A stretch of 64,000 bases of DNA from Candidatus Limnocylindrales bacterium (GCA_035526025.1 DATLDE010000005.1:125690-189689); one strand, 5' to 3'. Positions 37,063-48,242 are shown, numbered from the stretch's first letter. The notes: generated from the sequence alone by a model not told the origin. Made by a program: numbers and translations.

Positions 37063-37962
37063 TTAAACTTTAACTTCTTTACGATTATTATATTGATTAA
37101 CATAGGGAATAGCAGCTGCTGCGATAATACACGTCATGCCAAGTGTTACCACAGCTGTGAGATGCTCTTTAAAGAAAATAATGCCCAGGACTACTCCAAA
37201 TACTATTTCAAGAAGTCCAAGAATGCCTGCTGTTCCAGCCTCAATGAGCTTTAACCCGCTTATAAGTAACCACGATGAGATAAATGAAGCTAAAGCGAAT
37301 AATAAAAGATAGATCCAATGGATATCTGAATTTATTTGCGGAAAACTTTCATTAAGAATAAAAATCATAGGAATATTTGCCAAAACCGTTCCTATCCATG
37401 TCAGTATTGCTGTTTGTAATACCGAGTATTTGATTTTTTTATTTACTACCATGTTAAGTCCCGATGCAAGCCCACTTATTAATGCAGCGAGTAGTGCAAG
37501 TAATCCGAAAATCTTTGTGCTGGGTGTAAAAATAAGCCATAATCCCATAATCCCAAGGATTGTCGAGGCAACTTTATCTTTTGTATATACCTCACCATTA
37601 AATATTCTCCCGAAAAAAAATGCCCCCAATACAATTCCTGCATACGCGACTGCAAGACCTAGTCCAACGCCTATGATTTTGATCGAATAGAACAGAGGAA
37701 CTGAAATAAGTGCATTTGAAATAAGCAATCCAATCAGAAGCCAAGCATCACGACGCCAAAAAATTCGTGATAGTTTATTCCTGAATATTGCCACTGGTAA
37801 AAGCAGCAAAATTACTAAAACACCTCGCAAGACAGCTTGTGTAAAATCTCCCAAGAAATTTCCCAGAAGTTTAATCCATACACCATAGCTTGCATAAACC
37901 AAAGAGGATAAAACAACTAACCCGCTTCCCAAATGAGCAGCAGCGTGCTTTCTGTACTCCAT
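37063..37962 (-). CDS. EamA-like (DMT superfamily) transporter
   Basis: 299 aa; about 10 TM helices in two EamA-like halves. Confidence 0.6.
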   Translation of the reverse strand: MEYRKHAAAHLGSGLVVLSSLVYASYGVWIKLLGNFLGDFTQAVLRGVLVILLLLPVAIFRNKLSRIFWRRDAWLLIGLLISNALISVPLFYSIKIIGVGLGLAVAYAGIVLGAFFFGRIFNGEVYTKDKVASTILGIMGLWLIFTPSTKIFGLLALLAALISGLASGLNMVVNKKIKYSVLQTAILTWIGTVLANIPMIFILNESFPQINSDIHWIYLLLFALASFISSWLLISGLKLIEAGTAGILGLLEIVFGVVLGIIFFKEHLTAVVTLGMTCIIAAAAIPYVNQYNNRKEVKV

Positions 37963-38028
37963 ACCACTAAGTATACATTATGGAAATAATTAGATATTGC
38001 TTATGTTTTCAAAACAGATAAGAAGGGA

Positions 38029-38484
38029 TTATTTTTCTGCTATTTCTTTAAGCTTCTGAAGTGCCGGGGGCCACATATCTTCAAACATTTTACTCATTTC
38101 ATCATTTATATCTATATCTACTTCTACTGTTGTTATGCCATCTTTCTCAGTCATTGTATAATTCTCATGTGCTCCGGCCCAAGATTTCACGCTCTCACTA
38201 GTCGTATCCTCTACGCCATCATTTATTACACCGAGATGCTCAATAGACATGAATTCAGGCTTTTTGTTAACTTCAATCCGACTTACCATCCCACCTACTT
38301 TTCCTGTCTTTTCGTCCGGCCCGAGAAATAACATCTTCGATCCCTCACTCCAATCACCCTCAAAATAAGACCCGCCTGGATTAAACACGCTGGTCCACTC
38401 GCGGTATGTAACGTCCCCCAACATCGTATCCCAGACTTTTTCCCTGGGTGCATTAATATCTATATTGAAATGCAATTTCGCCAT
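38029..38484 (-). CDS. SRPBCC / AHSA1-like (START/Bet v1 fold) protein
   Basis: 151 aa; 'NAPREKVWDTMLGDVTYREW'. Confidence 0.5.
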   Translation of the reverse strand: MAKLHFNIDINAPREKVWDTMLGDVTYREWTSVFNPGGSYFEGDWSEGSKMLFLGPDEKTGKVGGMVSRIEVNKKPEFMSIEHLGVINDGVEDTTSESVKSWAGAHENYTMTEKDGITTVEVDIDINDEMSKMFEDMWPPALQKLKEIAEK

Positions 38485-38539
38485 AGCTTTATTCTAAACA
38501 ATATTTATTAGATTCTAGTAAGAATTAATTACGCAAACA

Positions 38540-39484
38540 CTAAATGGATAGATCATCATACCTTGCACTATTTGACTTAAGAAACGCGTTTACTTCTGAT
38601 GGGTGTTCTTTTTTAAATTGCTCAAGCTGTCCCAATGTGGGAATTGATTCAATGCCCACGCCACTCAGTGCTGCAATTTTCACTGCTGAAAAAAAAGCAG
38701 CATATACTCCGGCTTCTATAGCACTCCCGGATTTTATAAACTTTGCAATAAATGCCGCAGCAAATGAGTCCCCGGCCCCTGTAAAATCCTTAATTTCATC
38801 CTCCTTAAGAAAAAATGCATTAATAGTCGTATCCATACCACCCTGATAAACGATAGCACCCATTCTGCCTCTAGTAAGAACCGTGATTGGAGAAGCGCTT
38901 GTAATTCTATCGAGCAAGCTATCATCGATTATCCCCCCTATCGCGATATCCTCCTCACTCAGTATTGTGATTGCCGCAGCGGATAAATCTTCTTCAAATC
39001 CGCTCCATTCTCTCTGAAATACTGTCCCGTCTTCATTTGTATCCCGGAAATACCCCTGTGGAGTTACAACCACTAATCCGTATTTCGCAAGATATGGAAT
39101 AGAACGGGTATCAACCTCACCCATTACAGATGCTACAAGAAAAACAGTGTTCCTAAAATTATCTGCTGGAATATTTTTCAACTCTGTTGCTGTAATATCT
39201 TCCTGTCTATCAAGAAGCACTTGTTTTCTTTCTCCAAATGGTCCATACCTATTTGTAAACGTGGTAATTCCATCGTATTCTGTGGGAAGTGTGAGAACAC
39301 TGATACCCCGCTTTACAAGTGTGTCTGTGAACCTATGCCCTTCCGGTAGTTTTGTAATCACTTGAACCTCCAGTCCTAGGTTCCGAGCCGCAATTCCAGC
39401 ATATGACACTCCCCCTCCAATAACATTTACAGGCTCTGCCGTATCCTCTACTACATGTCCAACTGCAACCAAACGCTCTATCAT
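38540..39484 (-). CDS. PfkB-family carbohydrate kinase (ribokinase-like)
   Basis: 314 aa; 'DFTGAGDSFAAAFIA' GAGD motif of PfkB kinases. Confidence 0.7.
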   Translation of the reverse strand: MIERLVAVGHVVEDTAEPVNVIGGGVSYAGIAARNLGLEVQVITKLPEGHRFTDTLVKRGISVLTLPTEYDGITTFTNRYGPFGERKQVLLDRQEDITATELKNIPADNFRNTVFLVASVMGEVDTRSIPYLAKYGLVVVTPQGYFRDTNEDGTVFQREWSGFEEDLSAAAITILSEEDIAIGGIIDDSLLDRITSASPITVLTRGRMGAIVYQGGMDTTINAFFLKEDEIKDFTGAGDSFAAAFIAKFIKSGSAIEAGVYAAFFSAVKIAALSGVGIESIPTLGQLEQFKKEHPSEVNAFLKSNSARYDDLSI

Positions 39485-39517
39485 ATTTTGGATTATAACA
39501 AATTGAGAAGATGTAAT

Positions 39518-40753
39518 TTACATTTGTCCAGAAAGTGCATTCCAGAACATCTCTTCGGCAGTTTTTAATGAATAGTGTCCGCTGGCCCACCTCAAGGCCT
39601 GCTGCTGCAAAGATCTAAGCAGTTCGCTGTCTTGCATCTGGTGCAATAATCTCCGTGCCAATTCCTCAGGGGAATCTACAATATCCCCAACAGCATATGG
39701 AGGATTTTGAATAATTTCACTGGCTGCCTTATTATCTGTGCGCGTTATTACCGTCATCCCTGCAGACATCGCTTCAACAGCCACTCTCCCAAACCCATCC
39801 GATGGAGATGGGTGAAAAAGAACGTCATATGCATTATATATCTTCTGCAATCCAACTCTATCAAATTTCCCCAGATAACGAAATGTGATCGAATCAGCGT
39901 GGCGAATATCACCTGTACGATCTACGACTGCATTTATCTCTTCCATTACTCTGGCAACATATTCCTCTTGACCATCTATAATCTGTCCGGCTACGGCCAC
40001 TTGTAATTTTCTGTATGGACTTTCAGGAGATATAAACCTGCGCTCTTTCCGTAGGGATTCAATCAGCTTTGGAAGCCAACTAAGCCCACGCTCGCTGCTT
40101 AATCTAGTAACAATTAACACTCCAAGCTCATCATCGTCAAGATACTTACGTCGCTCATGAACTGCTCCCTCTGAGCTGCGTACTGCAGGAGAAAATTCTC
40201 CTCCTATCTGTTCCGGAATAACTCTAATGTTGTTGTGGATTCCGATATTTTCAAGTGATGAAACAAGCGCTTCTGAAACAACCAAATTAGACGAAACGTT
40301 ATTTCCAACGTATCGCTGCATACGCTGCTGAATGCCCTTTACAGCCTTTCTTGCTTGAGCCTTGAGAGGTCTCTCTTCACGAATAGCTGTTGTCCGATCC
40401 ACCTCCGCACGCCAGAGTGCATGGGATCTTCTACGTAAAGACTTAGGAAGTGCCAAAAATAGCGATCCTGTGTAGAAATCCGGATGATTAATAATAAGAT
40501 GCTCGGGATCATATCTTTCAATTTCTAGCGCAACTCGCCTGGCCTCCATCGGTGACGGAAGATATTGATGAGAAAACGGAATTTTTACTGATGGAGTTCG
40601 CCTACTATTAACAACTAATGATGAGGCGTCATGAGGTGTCACTAAAAACCAGTCTGTTCCAAACTCAAACATATTTTTAGTACTTTCCTGAGATCCCCCT
40701 TTAATAGCAAAGTTTATATCTCCAACAAGAGCGGTTCTTCTTTCTGCCAACAT
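39518..40753 (-). CDS. Glycosyltransferase family 4 (GT-B)
   Basis: 411 aa; 'SPSDGFGRVAVEAMSAGMTVI' E-x7-E-type GT4 motif. Confidence 0.7.
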   Translation of the reverse strand: MLAERRTALVGDINFAIKGGSQESTKNMFEFGTDWFLVTPHDASSLVVNSRRTPSVKIPFSHQYLPSPMEARRVALEIERYDPEHLIINHPDFYTGSLFLALPKSLRRRSHALWRAEVDRTTAIREERPLKAQARKAVKGIQQRMQRYVGNNVSSNLVVSEALVSSLENIGIHNNIRVIPEQIGGEFSPAVRSSEGAVHERRKYLDDDELGVLIVTRLSSERGLSWLPKLIESLRKERRFISPESPYRKLQVAVAGQIIDGQEEYVARVMEEINAVVDRTGDIRHADSITFRYLGKFDRVGLQKIYNAYDVLFHPSPSDGFGRVAVEAMSAGMTVITRTDNKAASEIIQNPPYAVGDIVDSPEELARRLLHQMQDSELLRSLQQQALRWASGHYSLKTAEEMFWNALSGQM

Positions 40754-40932
40754 TTGGCAAGAAGTATAGCATATTATAGGTTGTTTCTCAAGATATGCTT
40801 AACTGATTCGGCAAGAATTGGCTTTACAAATTTTTTAATCTTTCAGTTTTTATGAAAAATACATGCAGTTGAAAACATGAAGATTAACAGAGGGAATTAA
40901 CAGATTTATTCTTTATCAAAAAATAGGTGCTC

Positions 40933-41238
40933 TTATTTTACTTCAGATTCAAGCCATAAGAGATAAGGCTTATTGACCTTTGATACATTAATCTGAATAA
41001 CCTCAGGAACTTCATAACCGGAATTTTTCTGTATAAATTCTTCGACATTTCCAAAGTTTTCTTTCTTTGTCTTCATAATCATCATCGTTTCATTTCCCTC
41101 TTCAATCTTTCCCTTCCACCAAAATGCTGATTCTATGGGAAATAAATTGTAACAGACAATTAGTCTGTGCGTTAGCAAACCCTTACCTATCTTTTGAGCA
41201 TCTTCCTTTTTATGAATCGTTGTAACAATTAGTACCAT
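40933..41238 (-). CDS. cutA: Divalent-cation tolerance protein CutA
   Basis: 101 aa; 'LIVCYNLFPIESAFWWKGKIEEGNETMMIMKT...GYEVPEVIQINVSKVNKPYLLWL' CutA1 pattern. Confidence 0.7.
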   Translation of the reverse strand: MVLIVTTIHKKEDAQKIGKGLLTHRLIVCYNLFPIESAFWWKGKIEEGNETMMIMKTKKENFGNVEEFIQKNSGYEVPEVIQINVSKVNKPYLLWLESEVK

Positions 41239-41287
41239 AATATTTATTTTACCATAGAACTAAAATCATGTAGTATTATTTATAGAT

Positions 41288-43231
41288 ATGATTGGTGCTT
41301 TGCTTTTATCTATAATTCCCACTTTTATAGCTTCTGTTCTTGTCAAAAAAACTAATCTCAAACTAAAAAGCAATTATCTCAAGCTTTCACTATATTGGCT
41401 TACCGGACAGTACTTATTTACCATTTCAGTATTTCTTCTCGCCCAATCTTTGAGCTTTCTGACAACAGGCGTACTACTCAAAGCTTCAGTGATTGTCTTA
41501 TTAATGTTGATGCTGTCTCTCCTATTTTTACATAAAAATGTCTTGGAATTAATCAACAAAGCTCTCAAATACTTAAACCATTTTCCCATACTAACGACTG
41601 CGATAATTACCGCTTTTTGCCTGCTTTTTTCTTTTTTCTTTTTTACTCCCCACTTAAATTATGAGAACAGCACAATACTTACAAGCCCGGTTTACTGGGA
41701 TTTTCACTGGCATGCAGCTTTAATTCAAAATTTTACACTTGGAGACAATTTCCCACCACAAAATGAAGCGTTTGCTGGAGTTGTGCATACTTATCATTAT
41801 TTCTGGGCTGTACTTACCGGGATTTATAGTGTACTGGGCCTGAGTCTAGTCGATGCAATAAATTTTTATAGCGTTGTCTCCTTTTTCTTTGTACTTATAA
41901 CCATCGTCGGACTAAGTCAAGAATTCTTTAAAAATAAATTAACTGGCTTAATTGCAATTGCATTAACTCTAACTTCAAGCAGTCTTCACTTCATTGATTA
42001 TTTAATCGAGAACAAAAATGAAAATTTATTCTCTATTATAAAAAATATTTTTCTAGACACTCAACACCCATGGTTTGCATCATTTACAACCGCAAAACAC
42101 GACTTCTATTATAATGGAACATTTTTCAACTTATTTTATTTTATCGAAGAACGGCAAATGATAATCGGGGCTCTATACTTCCTGATATCTGCATGTCTCC
42201 TTTACAAGCGCAAAGAAATACCATATTTCTTACTTTTTCCTATCGGCATATTCATGGGGGGATTTTTCCTATGGCATCTTCACCTGACCATAAGCGTACT
42301 CTTGGCTTTGATTTTTTTACTTATATTTGATGATGAACGAAAAGAAACATTTTTAATTTTATCAGGATTTTTATTAATTTTTTTCGCTCACTTAATATAT
42401 ATAAAAATGGCTACTGCTTCCCCATGGTTCACAGATACCAAAGGTTTTCCACAGCTAAATTTAGGATTCTCAGATCAGGAAAACAAAGCTTTCTCTTTAT
42501 TGCATTCTATGATCTGGTATACCTATTCTTATGGAATTAAAATTATTTTGTTTCCGGTGAGCTTGCTACTTATAAAGTTTAAAAACAAAAAACTATTTCT
42601 TGTTTTTTGCGCTTTTATCATACCCACATTCTTATTATTAAATACTGTTCAACTTTCCCCCGGTTCTATCTATGAAAATCATAAATGGCTAAGACCAATG
42701 AATTTATTCATAGATTTAGTTGTTGCATACGGAGTATACGAGCTTTTCTTCAAACGAAAAAAGTATTTATTATATTTGCCGGGAGCTGCAGTAGTTTTAC
42801 TATTAACTATTTCAGGATTTATAGAGTTGATGCCATTTCTGAATTCCCGTCCGACATATGCTTATTCCAAATTCCCCTCTACAGTCAGCAGTGCGATTAC
42901 TTCGCGCACAAAACCAGATGATGTATTTCTTACCGAAGACGCAAATACAGTTCAGCTTTCAGGAAGAAAAGCGTTTTTAGGAGATGTTCTTGGGGGAGGA
43001 TTGGGCCTTAATATAGAGAAAAGACAAGAAATAACTGATGAAATATATGATTCATCCAACAAAGATAGTTTTTGCACTATAATCTTAAATTATAAAATTG
43101 ACTATGTTATCTATGATAATTCGATTCGATTATTGCCCTCCTACTTGGAAAAAAGTTCATACTTTTCTGAAAATGATGACCATGAGAATAAGATTACTTT
43201 CTTGGATATTAAGAAAAGCTGTAAACCTTAG
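41288..43231 (+). CDS. Large polytopic membrane protein (GT-C-like glycosyl/arabinosyl transferase or polymerase candidate)
   Basis: 647 aa; at least 12 TM segments, soluble C-terminal domain; no sharp motif. Confidence 0.35.
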   Translation: MIGALLLSIIPTFIASVLVKKTNLKLKSNYLKLSLYWLTGQYLFTISVFLLAQSLSFLTTGVLLKASVIVLLMLMLSLLFLHKNVLELINKALKYLNHFPILTTAIITAFCLLFSFFFFTPHLNYENSTILTSPVYWDFHWHAALIQNFTLGDNFPPQNEAFAGVVHTYHYFWAVLTGIYSVLGLSLVDAINFYSVVSFFFVLITIVGLSQEFFKNKLTGLIAIALTLTSSSLHFIDYLIENKNENLFSIIKNIFLDTQHPWFASFTTAKHDFYYNGTFFNLFYFIEERQMIIGALYFLISACLLYKRKEIPYFLLFPIGIFMGGFFLWHLHLTISVLLALIFLLIFDDERKETFLILSGFLLIFFAHLIYIKMATASPWFTDTKGFPQLNLGFSDQENKAFSLLHSMIWYTYSYGIKIILFPVSLLLIKFKNKKLFLVFCAFIIPTFLLLNTVQLSPGSIYENHKWLRPMNLFIDLVVAYGVYELFFKRKKYLLYLPGAAVVLLLTISGFIELMPFLNSRPTYAYSKFPSTVSSAITSRTKPDDVFLTEDANTVQLSGRKAFLGDVLGGGLGLNIEKRQEITDEIYDSSNKDSFCTIILNYKIDYVIYDNSIRLLPSYLEKSSYFSENDDHENKITFLDIKKSCKP

Positions 43232-45600
43232 GATGGCATTGGCGCATGAAGAACTTCACGAGTTGACGTAGGTTCACTATCAGCAGATCTTGCTTTGGGC
43301 AATGGCCTCGTAAGGGCAATTTCCAGAACCTCATCAATCTGTGAAACGAATTTAAAGGTTAAATCGTTTAATACTTCTTTTGGAATATCTTCAAGATCTT
43401 TTTTATTTTCTTTTGGTACTATAATTGTTTTCAGTCCTGCTCTATGGGCTGCTATAACTTTCTCTTTTAATCCCCCAATTTCCAGAACCCGTCCCCTGAG
43501 AGTCGCCTCTCCTGTCATCCCAACTTTTCTATGAACCGGGATTTTAGTGAGGGCCGAAACAATTGCTGTAGTTATGGCAGCACCTGCTGATGGGCCATCT
43601 TTTGGTACTGCTCCTTCTGGGACATGAACATGGATATCTGTTTTTTGAAATGTTTTATCTGATATTCCCATGAGATGTGCACGTGAGCGGATATAGGAAA
43701 GTGCAGCTTGCGCGGATTCTTTCATCACATCCCCCAATTGACCTGTCAAAGTCAGAACGCCTTTCCCAGGCATAAGTGCCACTTCAATGAATAATATATC
43801 TCCCCCTGCTTCAGTCCATGCGAGACCGGTTGACATTCCTATCTCGTCTTTTTTCTCAATCATGGTACTTGTAAATTTAACAGGACCCAAGTATTTTTGC
43901 ATATCGGATGAATTTACTGTAACTTTTGCTTTCTCACCCTCTGCCACTTTCTTGGCAATTTTTCTAAACACTGTTGCCATCTTACGCTCTAGATTTCGAA
44001 CTCCGGCTTCTCTTGTATAATGATGGATCATGAATTTAAGCGCATCATCTTTCAGATCTACTTTCTCAAGAGATAATCCGTGATTCTCAAGTGTTTTCTT
44101 TAACAAAAAGTTCTTTGCAATCTTAAATTTCTCATCATGTGTGTAACCTGCAAAATGTATGATTTCAAGTCTATCCCGAAGAGCCGGGGGTATAGTGTCC
44201 AATACATTTGCAGTAGTGATAAACATCACATTTGAAAGATCAAATGGAACCTCAAGATAATGATCTGAAAATTGTCCATTCTGTTCAGGATCTAGTGCCT
44301 CAAGTAACGCACTGGATGGATCACCTCTGAAATCAGAACCTACTTTATCTATCTCATCAAGCATAAATACAGGATTTTTTGTTCCGGCGTCTTTAATACC
44401 TTGAATTATTCTTCCAGGAAGCGCTCCTACATATGTTCTTCTGTGTCCTCGTATTTCTGCCTCGTCCCTGATTCCGCCAAGTGATACGCGTACAAATTTA
44501 CGTCCCAGTGCTCTTGCAATTGATTTCCCAATTGAAGTCTTACCAACTCCTGGAGGCCCTGAAAAACACAGAATAGGCCCTTTCATTTTTCCTGATAATT
44601 TATAAACAGCCAGATATTCTGTAATTCTCTCTTTTGCTTTTTGAAGTCCAAAATGATCCTCATCCAGAATTTTTTCAGCTGTCTTAATCTCAGCAACGTC
44701 ACGACTTTCATTACTCCAAGGAAGTCCCACCATCAAATCCAGATAATTTCTGATGTACCCTGCTTCTGGATTAAATTGATTCATGTTCTGAAGCTTTCCG
44801 AGCTCTTTCTTGGCTTTCTCCTCAACATCTTCAGGCATTTTCGCGTCTTTTATCTTATTCAGAAGCATTCTGATCTCTGAATTTTCTTCTTTTTCACCCA
44901 GTTCTTCTTCTATTGTTCTAAGGCGTTCTCTAAGCATTGCTTCACGAGCTCCTTTCTCAAATCTTTCCTGAGTCTTTGATGCGATTCGTCTTTCCAGTTC
45001 TAAAATCTTGATTTCTTTTGCTAGAAGTTCAGTGATTTTTACCAATCGTACTTTGACATCTGTGATCTCAAGCAGCTCTTGTTTTTCCTGAGGCTTGAGA
45101 TTTAAGGCACTTGCCACCAAATCTGAAAGCTCAGAGGGGGTATTTTCTGACATTATGTTCATAAATAGCAGAAAATCAGCTGACTTTCCAAAATTCATGG
45201 CTTTTCTGAACTCATTGGTCAGGTGATTACAAAGCGCTTTAATTTCCTCAGATTCTTCATAAATTTCAGGAATTTCCTTAACTTTGGCCATGAAGTATGA
45301 GTCATGTCTTTCGTATGACAGTATTTCAACTCTGGCCAATCCCTTTACCTGCGCGTTGATCTCCCCATCTGTTTTGATCATTCTTTCAATCCTTGAGAGT
45401 GTACCAATCTGGTGTAACTCCTCAGGAGTAGGATCATTTAGCCTGGCGTTCTTCTGCAAAACAAAGCAAACAATTCTCTCTTTTTGAAATGCTGACTCTA
45501 ATGCGGCAAGGCTTTTAGGTCGTCCAAAGGTAAGAACAGAATCAGTGCTGGGGAATATTATGCCATCTCTTATTGGGATTATAGGTACTATTTTTTCCAT
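43228..45600 (-). CDS. lon: ATP-dependent Lon protease
   Basis: 790 aa; 'GPPGVGKTS' Walker A; 'PKDGPSAGAAITTAIVSAL' S16 catalytic Ser. Confidence 0.9.
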   Translation of the reverse strand: MEKIVPIIPIRDGIIFPSTDSVLTFGRPKSLAALESAFQKERIVCFVLQKNARLNDPTPEELHQIGTLSRIERMIKTDGEINAQVKGLARVEILSYERHDSYFMAKVKEIPEIYEESEEIKALCNHLTNEFRKAMNFGKSADFLLFMNIMSENTPSELSDLVASALNLKPQEKQELLEITDVKVRLVKITELLAKEIKILELERRIASKTQERFEKGAREAMLRERLRTIEEELGEKEENSEIRMLLNKIKDAKMPEDVEEKAKKELGKLQNMNQFNPEAGYIRNYLDLMVGLPWSNESRDVAEIKTAEKILDEDHFGLQKAKERITEYLAVYKLSGKMKGPILCFSGPPGVGKTSIGKSIARALGRKFVRVSLGGIRDEAEIRGHRRTYVGALPGRIIQGIKDAGTKNPVFMLDEIDKVGSDFRGDPSSALLEALDPEQNGQFSDHYLEVPFDLSNVMFITTANVLDTIPPALRDRLEIIHFAGYTHDEKFKIAKNFLLKKTLENHGLSLEKVDLKDDALKFMIHHYTREAGVRNLERKMATVFRKIAKKVAEGEKAKVTVNSSDMQKYLGPVKFTSTMIEKKDEIGMSTGLAWTEAGGDILFIEVALMPGKGVLTLTGQLGDVMKESAQAALSYIRSRAHLMGISDKTFQKTDIHVHVPEGAVPKDGPSAGAAITTAIVSALTKIPVHRKVGMTGEATLRGRVLEIGGLKEKVIAAHRAGLKTIIVPKENKKDLEDIPKEVLNDLTFKFVSQIDEVLEIALTRPLPKARSADSEPTSTREVLHAPMPS

Positions 45601-45720
45601 ACTTTTATCTAATTCATATTGAGTTCAATCGAACTATTAGCAATCTATCACAGTATCTGCTAATTGTCAACTATGTCAAAACCAATCACATTAAACCACT
45701 ATATTCAAGATCTGTCAATC

Positions 45721-46341
45721 TCACTTTTCGCGGGCTTCTGCATATACAACAGTTCTTGTTGAGTAAAGTTTTGTCTTGTTATTCCAAGTTCCACTACAGG
45801 TAATTAGATTGAGCAGGGACTTGTCTGATGTGGCAGCATAAATCTCCTGAAGCGGAACTTTATCAAATTCATATTCGACTTTTTTAATTACTGAATATGA
45901 AAATTCATTACCATCAGCATCAGTTACAGATATTTCGTCACCCGCGTCAAGTTTCTTCAGGTCCCAAAATACAGCTGGTGATCCATTTACCTTATCAAAA
46001 TGACCTGAAATAACAGCGCTACCTTTATTCCCGGGTCTTGTTCCCAAGCTATACCAAACTACATTATCCGGGTCATCAGGCAATATAGGCTTTTTTTGCT
46101 CATCAAGCCCTGCAGCCTCAACCGCTGTATCAATTTTTATTTTAGGAATAGCTAATCTTTTAGGCATTCCAGCCTCAATCTTTTTTTCCTGGACAACAGG
46201 TGGAACATCAATTTGATTTTCATCAACATTATTTTCTGCAATCCTATCCTGAACCACAGGCTGGTGGGATACACTTAAACCAGTTTTTATACCAAAGAAT
46301 GAAAAAACTGCGATCAATAATATAAATAATATTTTTTTCAT
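45721..46341 (-). CDS. Sortase-family transpeptidase
   Basis: 206 aa; N-terminal TM; 'VISGHFD'; 'LNLITCSG' (TLxTC) catalytic Cys. Confidence 0.7.
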   Translation of the reverse strand: MKKILFILLIAVFSFFGIKTGLSVSHQPVVQDRIAENNVDENQIDVPPVVQEKKIEAGMPKRLAIPKIKIDTAVEAAGLDEQKKPILPDDPDNVVWYSLGTRPGNKGSAVISGHFDKVNGSPAVFWDLKKLDAGDEISVTDADGNEFSYSVIKKVEYEFDKVPLQEIYAATSDKSLLNLITCSGTWNNKTKLYSTRTVVYAEAREK

Positions 46342-46439
46342 AAAATTACTTAAATTTAATTAAAAATGTTTTTTAAAAGCCTTACAAGATGCAACGACAT
46401 AATATCATTGCATCTTGCTTGCTCTTTCAAATCATTACA

Positions 46440-46616
46440 TTAGTTAGCCCTTCCAGTTGCCGGCGCTGTTGCTGGTACTGTTGTTGATGGACTTGGTGTA
46501 ACGGTTGTATTTGTTGTGTTAGTTGTAGTTGTCGGTGCCTGTGCAAATGTCATAGTAGCTGCTGCTAATGCTGAAATTGCGAATGCACCTGTTGCTAATG
46601 CTGCTTTTTTTATCAT
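46440..46616 (-). CDS. Small secreted Thr/Pro-rich protein
   Basis: Signal peptide 'MIKKAALATGAFAISALAAATMTFAQA' then TTTTNTTNTTVTPSPSTTVPATAPATG; no LPXTG or TM anchor. Confidence 0.35.
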   Translation of the reverse strand: MIKKAALATGAFAISALAAATMTFAQAPTTTTNTTNTTVTPSPSTTVPATAPATGRAN

Positions 46617-46832
46617 GATATCACCTCCTTTCAAAAATAGAATTATACATATAAATTCTTTGAAAAATCTTCCTACCTTGAACCAATTCTTGGTAAGGGG
46701 AAGTTGATTTTAGGTTGTCAAAAACCTGATAAGAGCATTAATTATGCTAACAACTTTTTAACATCTAGTCAACCCACTATAGCTTTTTCTTACAACTGCC
46801 TTACATTTTTCTGTCGCTCCAGTAGAGAGTGG

Positions 46833-48233
46833 TTATATTTCATGGATTCTCTGGAGCAGGAATTCTTTATTATTCTTCTCCAAATCCTCATCTACCTCTT
46901 CAAAGAGTTTTTGAAGGATTTCACCAATCTTGGGTCCGGGTTTTATCTTAAGTTCCTTCATGATATCTTTTCCATCAATTGCTAAGTCATTTATCGAAAA
47001 AGGTGCAGGCGCCATTTGTTCATCAAGTCGCTTTTTAAATAACTTAAGCCTCCATGATTCAGCAGTCTGAGTTCCACCACCCAATCTGTCCCCAACTCTT
47101 AGATCCATCATATCCTTAACATTTTCAACACCAATTCGTCTGATAAAACGCCTGACTGCGCTGTCAGTTATATGCTCATCAACCGTGAACATATGCCACC
47201 TAACAAGCTTTATGATCTTTTCCTGCTCTTTTTTTGAGAATCGAAGCCTTTCTGTAACGTTACGTGCGATTTTTGCGCCTGCGATTTCATGATTGTGAAA
47301 TATTACAAGTCCGTCATTATCACTATTTTTTACTTTTGGTTTGCCGATATCATGAATTAAAGTTGCAAAACGAACAATGGGATCAGTTGAAGTTGTAAAC
47401 TTTAAAGATAACACATTATGCGTGAAAACATCATCTACATGGTGCCTGCCCGGGCGCATCTGAGATATGCCTATTCCCTCCTCAAGCTCAGGCAAGATCA
47501 GGGATAATAGCCCGGTGTTTTTTAGCAGCATAATACCCTCATAAGGAAATTCACTAGCAAGAATCTTCATCAATTCGTCTCTGACTCTCTCAAATGCGAT
47601 ATTTTTCAGCAACCCTGCGTCCTGCGTGATTGCTTCTAGAGTTTCTTCTTCGATTGAAAATCCTAGTTGACTTGCAAACCTAATTGCCCGCATCAATCTC
47701 AGGGCATCTTCCTTAAAACGCAGGTCTGGGTCCCCAACTGCCCTAATTATATTTTTTTTCAAATCCTCTTGCCCGTTATATGGATCAATAATATTATAAT
47801 CAGGCAGTTTACCCTGAGTGAGCGAAGCGAGTCGAAGGGCCATTGCATTTATCGTAAAATCCCGTCTTCCCAAATCCTCCTCCACCGTTTTGCCCCATTC
47901 AACTTTATCCGGATGGCGACTGTCTTTGTATCCTTTTTCTGTTCGAAATGTAGTTACCTCAACAAGTCCTTTATGTTCAGTCTCAGGCAAGTCAGGCGCT
48001 TTGATCCCGACCGTCCCAAAATTATTTTCATATAAGGAATCAGGAAAAAGCACTAGCATTTGCTCAGGAGTTGCGCTGGTTGTTAAATCCCAATCAGTTA
48101 CTTTTCGATTATTTAGTAAATCCCGGACACTTCCACCAACTAAAAAGATTTCATATCCAGCACTTGAAAATTTTTCTACAATTTCATGTATGTGAGGTGG
48201 TATTTTATCAGTCATCTTGTTATAGTATAGCAA
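46833..48233 (-). CDS. cca: CCA-adding tRNA nucleotidyltransferase with HD domain
   Basis: 'FLVGGSVRDLLNNRKVTDWDLTT' Pol-beta NT motif; 'IHDIGKP' HD domain. Confidence 0.85.
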   Translation of the reverse strand: MLYYNKMTDKIPPHIHEIVEKFSSAGYEIFLVGGSVRDLLNNRKVTDWDLTTSATPEQMLVLFPDSLYENNFGTVGIKAPDLPETEHKGLVEVTTFRTEKGYKDSRHPDKVEWGKTVEEDLGRRDFTINAMALRLASLTQGKLPDYNIIDPYNGQEDLKKNIIRAVGDPDLRFKEDALRLMRAIRFASQLGFSIEEETLEAITQDAGLLKNIAFERVRDELMKILASEFPYEGIMLLKNTGLLSLILPELEEGIGISQMRPGRHHVDDVFTHNVLSLKFTTSTDPIVRFATLIHDIGKPKVKNSDNDGLVIFHNHEIAGAKIARNVTERLRFSKKEQEKIIKLVRWHMFTVDEHITDSAVRRFIRRIGVENVKDMMDLRVGDRLGGGTQTAESWRLKLFKKRLDEQMAPAPFSINDLAIDGKDIMKELKIKPGPKIGEILQKLFEEVDEDLEKNNKEFLLQRIHEI

Positions 48234-48242
48234 ACAAAATAT

